Below, in pieces: positions 26,935-40,150 of a DNA stretch of 64,000 nt. Origin of the DNA: Ptychomitrium polyphyllum (taxonomy: Eukaryota). The position numbers were made by a program, and so were the translations under genes. The notes beneath the pieces were generated by a model. It was not told the origin of the DNA. It ran no database searches and saw only the letters and a list, made by a program, of their open reading frames with translations. The stretch lies in NCBI GenBank assembly GCA_973851085.1, contig OZ316775.1, positions 23,064,001 through 23,128,000 on the forward strand. The letters are read 5' to 3'. Position 1 is the stretch's first letter; each line of letters begins with the position of its first letter.

Positions 26935-27945
26935 CTAGACAGCCTTGTTTTCCAACTCCACCATTGTGCTTTGAGCCTTAAAGGCAAATCCTTTGATTTG
27001 GCAATCGTGCACTTTATCTCTAGACTTGCCACAATACAAACATAGGTTTTCTCTTCGACGCCTTTCTTTTTCTTCTGGAGCCAAACGTTCGCCCTGGGCA
27101 GCATCAATTTGTATAGGTTTCAATCCTTGATGTCGACTTTCCAATATTCTTAAAGAAGTGGTAGCCATGTTTTGACGTACTGGTCGCCATTTCAAGCGTT
27201 GTTCTTGGCGCCTCTCAAATAGTCTATTGTCATTTGCTATTGCTTGAGTGATGAATTCGTCCAATGTTTCAACTCTTAGCATTGTGAGTAGCAAGTCCTT
27301 TACATTCTCTCTTAAGCCCCATTGAAATCGTGTGACCAAGGCTTTATCAATCCAATCAAGGTCGCAAGCTAATTGTCGAAACTCTGTAGCATATGTAGTA
27401 GCTGAGCGCTGTCCTTGTTGGAGACTCTGGATCCTTGTTTCAGCCATCTTCTCTCGGTCGGTGTCTCCAAAAGTAGATGTTAATGCTTCTATAAAAGCAT
27501 CTAAGTTGTTCAATAATGGTGACTGCTTCTCCATTAGTGGTGCAAACTACGATAGTGCATTGTTTGATAAAAGAGTGGCCACAAATCCCACTTGAGTTGT
27601 GCCATCAGGATAACGAGATTGATGCAAACTAAAGAAGAGCCTTACTTGTTGAACAAAGCCTCTCAATTTTGATCTTCATTCATGGAACTTGTCTAGCATG
27701 CTAATCTTTGGCTCTGCATGGGTTTGATGTAAGCTCTCCCTTTTAATACTATTCTCTCGCAATCAAACAACCTCTTGATATAGGCTTTGAATATCACCAT
27801 TAGATTCTTCAGCTTGCCGAGTGTGTTGCTCCAAATTGTTGGTGATATTAAAACAGGCAAGTTCCGTTTGAACTGTGTTTAACAATTCTTGAAGGTCTAC
27901 AATAGTTGCAAATATATTCTCTAATGTTCCAAGCACGTTATCCAT
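26935..27945 (-). pseudogene. gag (capsid and zinc-knuckle relic), interrupted
   Basis: ORFs 27763-27945 and 26935-27534 (LQQGQRSATTYATEF, FQWGL, EKERRRRENLCLYCG). Confidence 0.88.
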
Positions 27946-28181
27946 TTCTTAAGATTGGCAAAGCCAAGAAGACTATGAATATGTTTTAAGGAGGAAAATC
28001 CACGTCCTTTGAAAGAAGTAATACTTAGTTCTAGAAGGAGAAACCAACTCTATGGTGCCAGCTTAGAGGAGGGTAATTTGCAACCTCTAAGACGCTATGG
28101 AATCCTAAAGAAGATGGGTAATCCACAATCTTCTTCAAAGAACCTTAGTTCTGACAAGGATGAAGAGTAGTCTTGCCAAAC

Positions 28182-28752
28182 TGTTAGGGACACAAGAAAC
28201 AAGAAGTAGAAACGAAGTGTTTCCCAAGAGTGAACTTCCCAAAGGGATAATGATTAACAAGAACTTGATACAAAGACTAGAACAAGGTAGAATTCAAGAT
28301 GATCCACAACTTGTGTTGGCAAGACTAAGGAATACCTTGTCTTGCCTCCTATTTATACTATGACGTTTGTATCTCCTAGGATACTTTTAAAGAAGCTTCC
28401 TACAAGGCTTAACAATATTCTGGAAGTGTAGGGAACCTTTCCAAGAAATTTCCTAAGATGTTGGAACCTTTCCAAGTAGCTTCCAAGGATTTGGGACCTT
28501 CTTTGGAAGCTTCCAAGGAATTGGAACCTTCCTTGGAAGTTTTGTAAGGTAGCGGAACCTTCTTAGGAAGTTTCTTAAGGTAATAGAACCTTCCTATTAA
28601 GTTTCCTAAGGTGGAAGAACTTTTCGAGGAAGCTTCCAATAAACATAAAAAGGCTATGGAGACATTTAAAAGTATTCTAAGAAACTATTATAGTATACTA
28701 GAAGGTTCTAAAATGTTCCAAAGATTATGTTGTATGATTTGTGTCCGTGACA
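28182..28752 (-). repeat. 5' LTR of the full-length element
   Basis: 571 bp, highly similar to 22232-22801. Confidence 0.95.
28350..28357 (-). promoter_or_regulatory. TATA box of the LTR promoter (TATAAATA)
   Basis: Conserved as tatttata on the + strand in most family A LTR copies. Confidence 0.65.
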
Positions 28753-28811
28753 GATACGGCCAATTGCTCTTCATGCATATCCATGGTAATATAAAGATTT
28801 AATATTCTAGT

Positions 28812-29426
28812 TGTTAGGGACGCAAGAAACAAGAAGCAGAAACGAAGTGTTTCTCAAGAATTAGCTTCTCAAAGAGCTAATGATTAACAAGAACTTGATA
28901 CAAGGACTAGAACAAGGCAGGATTCAAGATGATCTACAACTTGTGTTGGCAAGACTAAGGAATAAATTGTCTTGCCTCCTATTTATACTATTACATTTGT
29001 ATCTCCTAGGATACTTTTAAAGAAGCTTCCTACAAGGCTTAAGAATGTTTTGGAAGTCTAGGGAACCTTCCCAAGAAATTTCCTAAGACGTTGGAACCTT
29101 CCTAAGAAATTTCCTAAGATGTTGGAACCTTCCTAAGAGTCTTCCAAGGAGTTGGAACCTTCTTAGGAAGTTTCCTAAAGAAGTAGAATCTTTTTAGGAA
29201 GTTTTCTACAATGATGGAACCTTCTTAGGAAGTTTCCTAGGAAATTATCTAAAATAATAGAACTTTCCTAGAAAGTTTCCTAAGGTGGAGGAACTTTCCT
29301 AGGAAGCTTCCTAAGAACATGGAAAGTCTATGGAGACATCTAAAAGTATTCTAAGAAGCTATTATAGTATATTAGAAGGTTTTAGAATGTTCTAAGGACT
29401 ATGTTGCATGATCTATGTACGTGACA
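28812..29426 (-). repeat. Family A solo LTR
   Basis: TG...CA termini flanked by near-perfect TSD CTAGT (28807-28811) / CTAGC (29427-29431). Confidence 0.92.
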
Positions 29427-31869
29427 CTAGCTGAGATCTAAAAATTATTTACTTAAGTCATAATATTGCATACAATTGGAGGTTTGGATATTTCTCCTCC
29501 TTCCTCATACTTTTCTATGGAAAAAACTTCTTTGTGAAGCTAACGACTACTGATAATACGCCATCACTGACCAAGTTTTTGAAAATATCTTTGATGAAAT
29601 TTGCATACCTTCTCAGATATATTTGTTACATTCATCAAAAGGTTTCCATGTTTAGTCATTGATGTCATATTCTTGCTAATGTATAAAATATTCCACTCTT
29701 CCATTTTAAATGCATGAATTTAAGATCTCTTTGACTTCATACTCCAGTTCAATATTGATTTCCACTAGAGAAAGCAAAGAGACAATTTTCTCTAATATAC
29801 ATAACTTGTTATAGGTTCCCAATAACAAAACGTGGAACACTGGAAGAATTTGCATGTTTGGTGGTAGTTTGAGGCAATAACTGACCAAATTTATTTATTT
29901 GTTGATTTCAAACGGTCCCAACTTTTAATAGTCCAACTTCATTGATGGTCTTTTTGTTTGTATGTTTTATTATAAGAAACATATGCTATCTCCAACCTTT
30001 AACTTTGGATGGTCTTCTCAATAACAATCTGCATAAGTTTTTTAATAATCTTGAGCTTATTGTAACTGGAAAGCAATTTCTTGATGGATTTTAGAAAGTT
30101 GAGTTGCAACATCCTTTATTGTAGGACTTCCAACATGCTTAACTTGAAATGGATCTGCTCAAGAATGATTGCCATAGTTTGCAAAGAATGGACTTTGAAT
30201 TGTTGAAGAATGCATTGTATTGTTGTAAGCAAATTCTGCCAAAGGTAAAAGGTTTATTCAGTTGTTTAGCTGGTAATTTATGCTACAACAAAGGCATTGT
30301 TCCAAAATTTGATTTATACGTTCGATTTGACCATCAGTCTATAGATGATGTGTTGAAGAAAGGTTGATTTTCACACGCAACAGAGAAAATAGAGCCCTCC
30401 AAAAGTCGGAAATGAATTGTGGCCCTTGATTGGATACAATATCATGAAGTAGCCCATGTATGTGATAGACGTGATTTAAAAACAACTTGGCAGTTTTTTG
30501 TCTTGTTACCATCTTGTTGCATGGAATAAAATGTGCCATCTTGAAAAACCAATCCATCACTATAAAAATAAAAATTTTAGAATTTGAGTTTAGAATCTTT
30601 GTATATGAATCAAAATACCGTTTCACTAATTGAAATGATTATTAGCTCACATGTTTTTTTTTATATTGATGTGTATTAAGCATTTTGTAATATTTGTGAT
30701 GGATTTCTAGCCTATTTAGCTTTTAGTGAGCAAGTTTAATGGTTGTTATTTTTGGTAGCCTAACTAGAAATGTTTAGCTTCAATTATCTTATATAATTAA
30801 GTGGCTTGCAATTACCATGACAAATGGTCACAAAATGTGAGCCTAATAAGCACTTTAATTTTGGTAGTTCACAAGAAGTGTTCAATTTATCCTATGGAAT
30901 TATTTAACTACCAGTTGATAACTTTTTGTGAGTGTTTCATTTTCCATTGTTTGGTTAATCATTTGCTTACAAGTCTTGATAAAACGTCCAATTGTCATGC
31001 AATTCTAATATGGATCTTCTTGTCAGTTCTAAGATTAGCAGCTTTTTTTTAAATCTTGACTATTATTTTAAATTTATCTACAGTTCCAAAATCAGCAACA
31101 AATATATCCAAGTTGTAGGATTCATCTTTCTTTCTATATTTCCATTCTTACAATGGCCTTAAGTATCATGGACCATGAACATTGTCCATTTGCCCTTTAC
31201 TTCCTTTAATAACAATTATATTCCAACTTCTTTTGCCCTAATTAGACCTAATTTCTTCCACAATATTAAATTTTGTCATTTTTGGAAGAAAAAATCAATA
31301 ATGAGCTGATTCTATAGCTTACATGTAGCGACCAATTGGGACAATTCGTAGAGGTAGAAAACCCAACATCTCTTAACATGTGAGAGGTACTATTGGCTAC
31401 ATGGTCATAGAAAAGTAAAACCCCCTAAAAGAAGGAGTTTTTAGGATGAGAAGATTAACTACTTTCTAGGTGGATTAATAGAGGTGTTGTACAGAGTATC
31501 TTAAAATCATTGTTTAGAGAGATAAGATAAAGTATCTTAAAGAATTAGGAATAGAATTTAGAATTCTATTTCTATGTCCCAAATTATTTTATCTAGACAA
31601 GTGAAAATCTTTTTTAAATTAGTAGACATGATGCACAAATCACTAAGACTCCTTAAGCTTAGACTATTGTTTCTTCATCTTGACCCTCCATGGATAAATA
31701 TGGTTCTATTAGATATGATACTTCTTCCATCTGCTCCCAACTATGTGTTTTGGAAATAATTTACCATTAAAAGTCTCAAAGAGCATGGAATAATTTGGAA
31801 ATACCTCTCTAACCAAATAAGGACCCAATCACAAGGTGTCAAACTTCCTCGCAAAGTCAAGTTGTGAGC

Positions 31870-32478
31870 TAAAAATCCTCCCTATCCACTTGAAGAGGAA
31901 GAATAACTTCACAACAAGTTCAAGAGGTAGTGGGAACCAATTGTAAAATTGCTCTAATGGTTAATTTATTAATCAAGCATTTAAAATTCCAACTTTCTAA
32001 ATAATTCTTTCCAAGCAATGCTACCAATTGATTTAGTTAAAACAAGTGATGAAAAACAACACAAGAAAAAAAATTAAAAATCAGATAGAAATAGAAAGAA
32101 AAAATGAAGGATTTGGATGAAAAAAATTAAATGGAACAAGTAGTTAATTGAGAATAAGGCTCCTAGATGAAAATGGGGCTGTTAGATGAAAACGGGGCTG
32201 CTAGATGAAAACAGCACAACACAAGACAGCAGCAACCAAAGAAGTAGAAAATCTCTCAAACTTCAAACCCTCATATCTTTCTCATCTTAGCTCCAAATTT
32301 GATGATTCTTGTGCCTAACCTTACTGATTTTTCCTCTTCTACCCAATAAACATGTCAAATTTAGAAAATAAATCCACTAAAAGTAAGTTCAAAATGGTCC
32401 AGCAAGGGTGTAAGACAAACAACTTATAACATAAGTATAAAAGAACAAAGCAAATACTAGTCTTTGGTGCCTCCATAG
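31870..32478 (+). repeat. ~600-bp repeat, left arm of an inverted pair
   Basis: Reverse complement of 38136-38733, e.g. gtccagcaagggtgtaagacaaacaacttataacataagtataaaagaacaaa. Confidence 0.9.
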
Positions 32479-34193
32479 GCCTACAATGTGTTGACCTTAA
32501 ATTTGCTACAACTTGTTTTTTAATAAAATCAAGATGATTGTGCATGCATGAGGTGGTGGGTACTAAGAATTACTTGAGTGGTTAATGGATTGACCTATTG
32601 CTGGTTATTGGGCTTTCACCAAAACACCTTTTAGTAACTCATGATTAGGTCATATTTTATTAAAAATTATGATCCAGCTTTGAGTGGTTTTCAAATCTTG
32701 TGTCAATTTGTTAAAAAGACTGTTCATTTTATACAATAATCTTAAAAGAATACAATCCTTATAGTGGTGAATATAGGCATGCTTACCGTATTTGCTTGCA
32801 ATTGGCCTGAAGTTTGCTTGCCTCTTGGCTCAGGTCAAAAGCAGCCCATAATCTGCAAAACTTGAAAGAGTTCGTCAAAGTCACTTGGTTTAAAATTGTA
32901 TTACATAGAAAAGAAAAATAATAAAGTAATGGAAATAAGAGTCCATGGCAGGTGGACACGCTGTCTAACTATGAATAAGGACGTTTGTCAGTGGTAGAGA
33001 AGGAGGTACAACTTCTGAAAACAGTACTTAAATAAAAAATAAATAAAAAATAAATCATAGTACTTCCGACGGCATTCTTGGATAGGCATGTTAATTACTT
33101 AGGACGCTGTTCGTAATAGAATCAAATCTGTGAGAATTGAGGACCATCATCGATGACTGTTTCGTATTCTTTTAATAACAAAGCTTCATAGACAGTGTTG
33201 TCTTCAATTGCAATATGGTCTTATTCCTCATTAATCCACTACCCGGGCAAGATAAAAGTAATTGTTATAATTCATCATCACTTCGAACAAAAGCTATACA
33301 ATCATCACATTGTTTGATGAGCACTTAAAATTACCTTCACATCATCAAAATACCCAACTACCTAAATGATTGCAATCAATTCCTGTGCAAGAACAACTTC
33401 TCACTTCCATGAACCAAAGTTCTAGAATATCCATTGTGCCATAATAAATATAGAACAAATGTAGTTACATAAGAAAATATACCGGTACTACTACGTAAGT
33501 CTTTCATGGTGGAGCTACTTTTATGAGGTTCGCTGCTGATAACATGCAAGGAGAGTTACACTAGACCCTCCAAAACTCAGCCTTGCACTGCATGAGCTGC
33601 ATTTATGGCGCACCCAGTCTGACACCCCACTAACCTCCATAACCAGGCTGAAGCACCCTGAGTACTATGAACTGATGTACGCCACCCCAAACCCCTCGGA
33701 CGACTTCATCTCTATTTGTGGTGTTAGGGTTGTCGTATTACAATTGCTAGCATGACATGGTCCTCGACATTCATGTTGTGCTGGAGAAGCCTGCCCTAAT
33801 TTAGTTGAATCACGTCGAGGTCGGAAGAAGTTAACTGCAATTCTTGATTTGTGTCAGTACCCGTCGCAGTCTGTGAGCTGTTTTTCACGGGAAGCGATGA
33901 ATTTCCATTAAGCTTCGACTGCGACTTAAGTAGTTGTTTTCAGATGCAACTCGCGGGCAAGCTGACTTTGGCGTTTTGATATGAACTTTGTACTCAGCAG
34001 CTTTTGGATCGTCATGTCACTGCAGGTTGTTCAAGGTCAGCTAGCTTAAATCATTTCAATGGATTGACCTTCCAATGTGTGAGTAGCGTGATAGATCATG
34101 AAGTTTTCACATTGCCAGGTGAATCTAAATTTGAGCTTCAGTGAAGCTGTAGCTAGCTCATGAAGGAATAGTGCTCCTTGGAGAAAGTGACGG

Positions 34194-36158
34194 ATGATCT
34201 GGGGAAGTTTTTCAAAGATTAGACAGCTCGCAAAGGGGATGATGTACCAAAGTATTGCTCAGGATAGAGGTCACAACTATGGCGCTCTGTTTGTCATGGC
34301 GACACTGGCGATTGTCTATTTTGCCGAAGCTGCTGAAGTAATCCCTCAGACGGTGCATTTGGTGTGCAGCAAAGCGTACAATCGTGATTCCTGCACAGAC
34401 TCTCTCGCGGCGCATCCCAATGCCGCTACATCGGGGCCGCGGGGGCTGGCCACCATCGGCATCAACGACGCGATGGGAGGGGTGAACAGCTTTTATACCT
34501 ACACCGCAAGCTTACAATCTGGCAGCAACGGTGCAGGGGAAGACTCCGCGCTTGCAGTTTGTCAATCCGTCCTCCAAGATTCGCAGGAGCTGCTCCAGCA
34601 TTCGCTCTCGAACCTCGCTGCCCTAGACCCACTCAAGTTCAAGGTGCAGATGGCCGACATTTTGACGTGGCTGAGCTCCGCCTTAACCGACCACACGACG
34701 TGCTTAGAAGGCGTGAGTGACATGAGCTCGGGCGGGACGAAAGACGCGGTGATGAGCAGAGCGGGAAGCGTCACGACCCTGCTCGCAAACGCCGTCTCCC
34801 TCGTCGCGGGGATCAGTAGGTTCGGAATCGGCCCCAAGGGCATTGACGGCCATACCCGCCGGTTGCTCAGAGCAGAGCCAACCATCGACAGTCCCATTTA
34901 CGAGCTCTCCCAAGACGGTTCTCCCGGGTGGATGCGACCCGTTGATAGAAAACTCTTCCAAACCGGAGCCACAACCAATTTGACCATTGTAGACGCCGTC
35001 GTAGCGAAGGACGGATCTGGGAACTACAACTCCATTCAAGCGGCCATCGACGCCGCGCCGAAGGATAACTCAAGAAAGTGGCTGATTCGTGTCAAAGCGG
35101 GCGAGTACAACGAGTATGTGGAAGTGCCAAAATCCGCCAAAAATCTCGTGCTCATGGGCGATGGCATCGGGAAGACGGTCATCACGGGCAGTAAGAGCGT
35201 CGTGGAATCCAATCTCACAACCTTCGCAACCGCAACAATGTGTAAGTCCTCTCACCTCTTAATTGGCAGAACTTCCATCTTCCATATCACAACCCATGTG
35301 AAATTTCACCTTCCGCTTTAGAATCCATTTCAAATGTGAGTACTCTTATATCCAAACGTACAATTTCATCTTTCTTTTCCTATTAACTTGTGATCAATCA
35401 GTACTCTGTCCGCCATAACCAGGAGTATTAAAGAAAAGAAATGTGCTTTCATTTCTGCAGCTGTACTAGCAACAAACTTCTTAGGGCGCGACTTCACCGT
35501 CCGCAACACAGCCGGCGCCATCAACCACCAAGCAGTCGCGCTAAAAGTCCAAGGGGACAAGAGCGCGTACTGGCGCTGCTCCATCGAAGGCTATCAAGAC
35601 ACGCTCTACGTCCACAGCAACCGCCAGTTCTTCCGAGAGTGCACAATCTCCGGCACTGTAGACTTCACCTTCGGCAACGCAGCAGCAGTGTTCCAGTCCT
35701 GCACTCTACTCTTCCGATCTCCATTGCCCGGCCAACAGAACACCTTAACAGCGCAAGGCCGCACCACCAGTTTCCAAAACACAGGCCTGTCGTTCCAGAA
35801 TTGCGTCGTGGACGCATCACCAGAGCTGAAGAACCTGGGCACGCAGGTGGTGCAAAGCTATCTGGGCCGACCGTGGAAGGAGTACTCGCGCACCGTGTTC
35901 CTGACGAGCACTGTGACAAGCGTAGTGGATCCATCGGGGTGGCTACCCTGGAGTGGCGACTTCGCGCTCAGGACGCTCTTCTACGGCGAGTATCGAAACT
36001 CCGGCGGCGGCGCGGCGATTGGTGGCCGTGTGAAGTGGGCGACCCAGATCCAGGATGCCAATGTCGCCAACCAGTTTACGGTGAATCCGTTCATCTTGGG
36101 TGCGGAGTGGTTGCCGCAGACCACCATTGAGTACTCTCCTACTCTCTACAGCAACTGA
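34194..36158 (+). CDS. Pectin methylesterase with N-terminal PMEI pro-domain, 2 exons
   Basis: Exons 34194-35241 and 35461-36158 (the start may be a later ATG at 34239 or 34296). Hydrophobic signal segment, PMEI TWLSSALTDHTTC, RRLL/RKLF processing motifs, VAKDGSG, QAVALKV, GYQDTLY, GTVDFTFG, YLGRPWK. Confidence 0.95.
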
Positions 36159-37664
36159 TCGGTTTAGATGAGACTTTTTGACTAATTTGAAACATTTTTA
36201 AACATTCTTATTCTTTAGTGAGGTTTCAGCATATGAGGATCACAATGGCAAAAGACGATCGAGGAATTTGGTGGCTTCATGTTGCTTAACATCCTGAGAT
36301 TTGTAGATATGGAAACCCACCTTTAGGGTTGAACATAACAATTCTAAGATACGCACCTTTATGTCCTCTTAGTTTTTGAGCAAAATCTTTCATGAGGTTC
36401 TTTTTTCATATCACATCTCAAAACATAAGTTTAAAATGAAGTATTGGTAATCAATCACAGAGGTTGGCATTCCAAGTATTTTTGTAAAAGTTAAAATTTA
36501 ACCACATGAAGAGTTTAGAATGGAAGACTACTAATTGATTTGGTATTTATCTATTACTTTATAACTTAACAACATGTAACCTATTCAAAATGTTGAAAAT
36601 GTAATCCATGATTTTAAGACATGAATGTATCTTCATAGGACTAGTTGATATTCTTATGTGAAGATTGCAAAAAATTATCATCAAATTTAATAGTAATGGT
36701 TTCAAATATAAATCTTGGAATAATTAATTGACATTTTAATTTGTAATATCTCAAGATTTTCTTTTAGACAAAACAAAGGTTGTTCATTTCAAAGTACAGT
36801 AAAAAAAAATTGAAGAATATTGAAATTATAGTTGTATTCCTCACTTTTTTTATTATTGTGATATTTTGTATTAATTGTAGCAAATTTTGCCACAAAAATT
36901 GTGGTCTTGAATTTTGATGTAAAATGTTTTTAAAGAAAAAAGGAAAGAAACTAAATTTCCTATATGAAGTCAAGATGTGTAGTCACTTCAAATTTAAATA
37001 CCACCTAAATATCATTTAAGTAGCACATTTGCACTACCAAAATATAATTTATATAGAGTCGTCAAAAAAATATCCATATAACCTAAATTGTTCTTAATAC
37101 ATGACAAAATATAAAATATCCTAATTTGAATGCTAATAAAAATGAATTATTGATCATTTTCATTATAATAAAGAATTCATAAATTAAAAATAAAAATATA
37201 TGATAGATATAAGATATATTTCTATACTTTTTTGCATATTGTATTGTATTTATATTCCTTCTATTTGATTTTTGTGATATATAATTTCATATTTATACAT
37301 TGGTATAAACTAATGTATAATCTTATATGCTTTGAATATTATTTCAACTGGATTAGTGAGGTTCATCAAATTTTGTAAGTGCCTAAATATAAGCTTTATA
37401 TACAAGCAACAACATATGTCAATCCTAGATGATGCACCAAATCTTTATTTATTTAATTTTTGGTATTTTGATAAGATATAATGTTAGTTAATTATCAATT
37501 GAGAGAAAATAGAGGTTTTGGCCTTCATTATGAACCAAAGCCTTACATTATCAAGTTGATTTTAAGGAAATCTAAATATATAGATCAAACTATAAATAAT
37601 ATTAAATCTCGTTTTAAGTGAGCTTGTTACAAAAAAGAGAATTAGTTGTAGTTGGAATATGATG

Positions 37665-37845
37665 AAAGAAGAAAATGAAGAACTACTCTATTTTTGAAGC
37701 CACAAAAGATGGTGAAGGAAGAAAAATGAAGAACTACTTTACTCTTGAAGCCACAGAAAATGGTGAAAGAAGAAGATAGAGAGTTACTTTGTTTTTGAAG
37801 CCACAAATAGTGGTGAAAGAGAAGATGAAGAACTATTCTACTTTT
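37665..37845. repeat. Imperfect tandem repeat, ~53-bp unit x ~3.4
   Basis: Recurring gaagaactact...ttgaagccaca...tggtgaa. Confidence 0.75.
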
Positions 37846-38135
37846 CAAATGTTATTTCTACAACAACAAACCAAGTTGACTCTTAGTGAAATCTTCTCAA
37901 AAATTAATATTTTTCATTAGTTAGTAAGTTGTTTTGCATTAGTTTTGGCTAATTAAATTATTAGGGATTAAAAGTTGAGCATTGATTGGTATCCATGGTG
38001 ATTTATCATCACCTTGTGGCAAATAGATGCCAACCATTGGTCTTCCCCGCAAATTGTTAGCAAGTGGGTATTTAAGGCCCTTTCAAGACCTTGTTCTCCT
38101 TCTCTCACCTTTAGTTTGAGCCCTTAGCAAGGGCG

Positions 38136-38733
38136 GCCATTGAGGCACCAAAGACTAGTATTTGTTTTGTTCTTTTATACTTATGTTATAAGTTGTTTGT
38201 CTTACACCCTTGCTGGACCATTTTGAACTTACTTTTAGTGGATTTATTTTCTAGATTTGACATGTGTATTGGATAGAAGAGGAAAAATCAGTAAGGTTAG
38301 GCACAAGAATCATCAAATTTGGAGTTAAAATGAGAAAGATATGAGGATTTGAAGTTTGAGAGATTTTCTAATTCTGCGGTTGCTGCTGTGTTGTGCTGTG
38401 CTGTTTCCATCCAGCAACCCTGTTTTCATCCAGCAGCCCAATTTTCATCTAGGAGCCTTGTTTTCATCTTACTACTTGTTCCATTTAATTTTTCTCATCC
38501 AACTTCTTCATTTAAAAAAAAAAATCCATCTAATTTTTATTTTTTTTCTTGTGTTGTTTTTCATCACTTGTTTTAACTAAATCAATTGGTAACCATTGCT
38601 TAGAAGGAATTATTTGAAAACTTGAAAATTTAAATGCTTGATTAATTAATCAACCATTATAGCAATCTTGCAATTGGTTCCTACTACTTCTTGAAGTTAT
38701 TCTTCCTCTTCAAGTGGATAGAGAGGATTTTTA
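38136..38733 (-). repeat. ~600-bp repeat, right arm of the inverted pair
   Basis: Reverse complement of 31870-32478. Confidence 0.9.
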
Positions 38734-39534
38734 AATAAAAAATCACTGTAACAATACTAAAGCTTTTAGAAAATATGAAGATAATCAATTCCAGAGATTC
38801 ATAACAAATTTATTCTACAAATTGTTAATTGTCCAAACCATAGGTCCTATAAATCTATGCGACATGTGCAAGTAAAATGCTTTTAGAATACATGTTGTAA
38901 GTTAACATGTAGCTTATCTCATATATAAGTCTAGGCTCCAAAAGGTTAAGAGTCCTATTATCGGGCTACCGCATGTTGTACCCGGTACTACTGGACTTTT
39001 TCTACCAATCTCCCCCTATCGATACTACCGGACATCCTCCAACAATAACTACCAGATGATAAATACTAGTCTGTTAGTTCAAACAAATAGATGTAAATCT
39101 ACTTTTGTGGGATCTTAAATCTAGTACTTAAACCTTCAACCAAGAGAGTTGAGGATGTGTTGTATTTTTTTTTTTCTATAAACAAGTTATTTATTCCATT
39201 CCTTTTTTTAATTAGTTTTATTTCAAAGTATATATTTATATACAAGTTCGACCATTTTAACAAGTCCTATAATAGTTTATGATTACTTTTTGATGCTACT
39301 ATGTCTCTTCCATTAGGTAGTATCACCTATAAACTCATATAGAATGCTTCTTTTTAATCTATACATTTTAAGAAAAAAATTACCGAGCTTTAGAATACTT
39401 GGTAGTTACCCATCACAATACTGGTGTAGCTCACTTTTTTTAGATAAGGATTTCTACTAAGAAACTATTAAGATAATGATGGCTCGAAAGTTACTAACTT
39501 CAATGGTAATAGGCCTTAACATTTGGCAACCATG

Positions 39535-40150
39535 TGTTAGGGACACAAGAAACAAGAAGCGGAAAGAAAGTATTCATCAAGAATTAGCTTCCAACGAGCT
39601 AATGATTAACAAGAACTTGATACAAAGACTAGAACAAGGTAGAATTCAAGATGATCCACAACTTGTGTTGGCAAGACTAAGGAATACCTTGTCTTGCCTC
39701 CTATTTATACTATGACGTTTGTATCTCCTAGGATACTTTTAAAGAAGCTTCCTACAAGGCTTAAGAATGTTTTGTAAGTCTAGGGAACCTTCCCAAGAAG
39801 ATTCCTAAGATGTTGGAACCTTCTTAAGAGGCTTCCAAGGATTTGGGACCTTCTATGGATGTTTCCTAGGATAGCGGAACCTCCTTAGGAAGTTTCCTAA
39901 GATGATGGAACTCTCCTAGGATGTTTCTTAAGGTGATGAAATCTTTGTAGTAAGTTTCTTTAGAAGTTGCCTACGATGATTAAATCTTCTTAGGAAGTTT
40001 CTTAAGATGGGAGAGCTTTTCTAGGATGCTTCCTAAGAACCTGGAAAGGCTATGGAGACATTTAAGAGTATTCTAAGAAGCTATTGTAGTATACTAGAAG
40101 GGATCTAGAAATGTTCTAAGGACTATGTTGCATGGTCTATGTTTTTGACA
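39535..40150 (-). repeat. Family A LTR, isolated, no TSD
   Basis: TGTTAGGGACACAAG...TTTTGACA; flanks CCATG and AATTT differ. Confidence 0.9.

Larger units (their letters stand above)
22232..28752 (-). mobile_element. Full-length Ty3/gypsy chromovirus LTR retrotransposon (family A; RLG1/Tcn1-like by inference), coding region mildly disrupted
   Basis: LTRs 22232-22801 and 28182-28752; 5-bp TSD GATAC at 22227-22231 and 28753-28757; PPT near 22802-22812; domain order gag, PR, RT, RH, IN, chromodomain. Confidence 0.96.
21269..30600 (-). mobile_element. Old degenerate family A gypsy element, 5'-truncated, interrupted by two younger insertions
   Basis: Pieces 21269-22231, 28758-28811 and 29432-30600 are collinear with 22232-24480. 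Chromodomain and integrase relic ORFs at 29706-29888 and 30339-30626. Confidence 0.85.

Noticed and set aside
35441..36130. 229-aa ORF overlapping PME exon 2
   Set aside because: Alternative frame of a GC3-rich exon; the PME frame explains the sequence.
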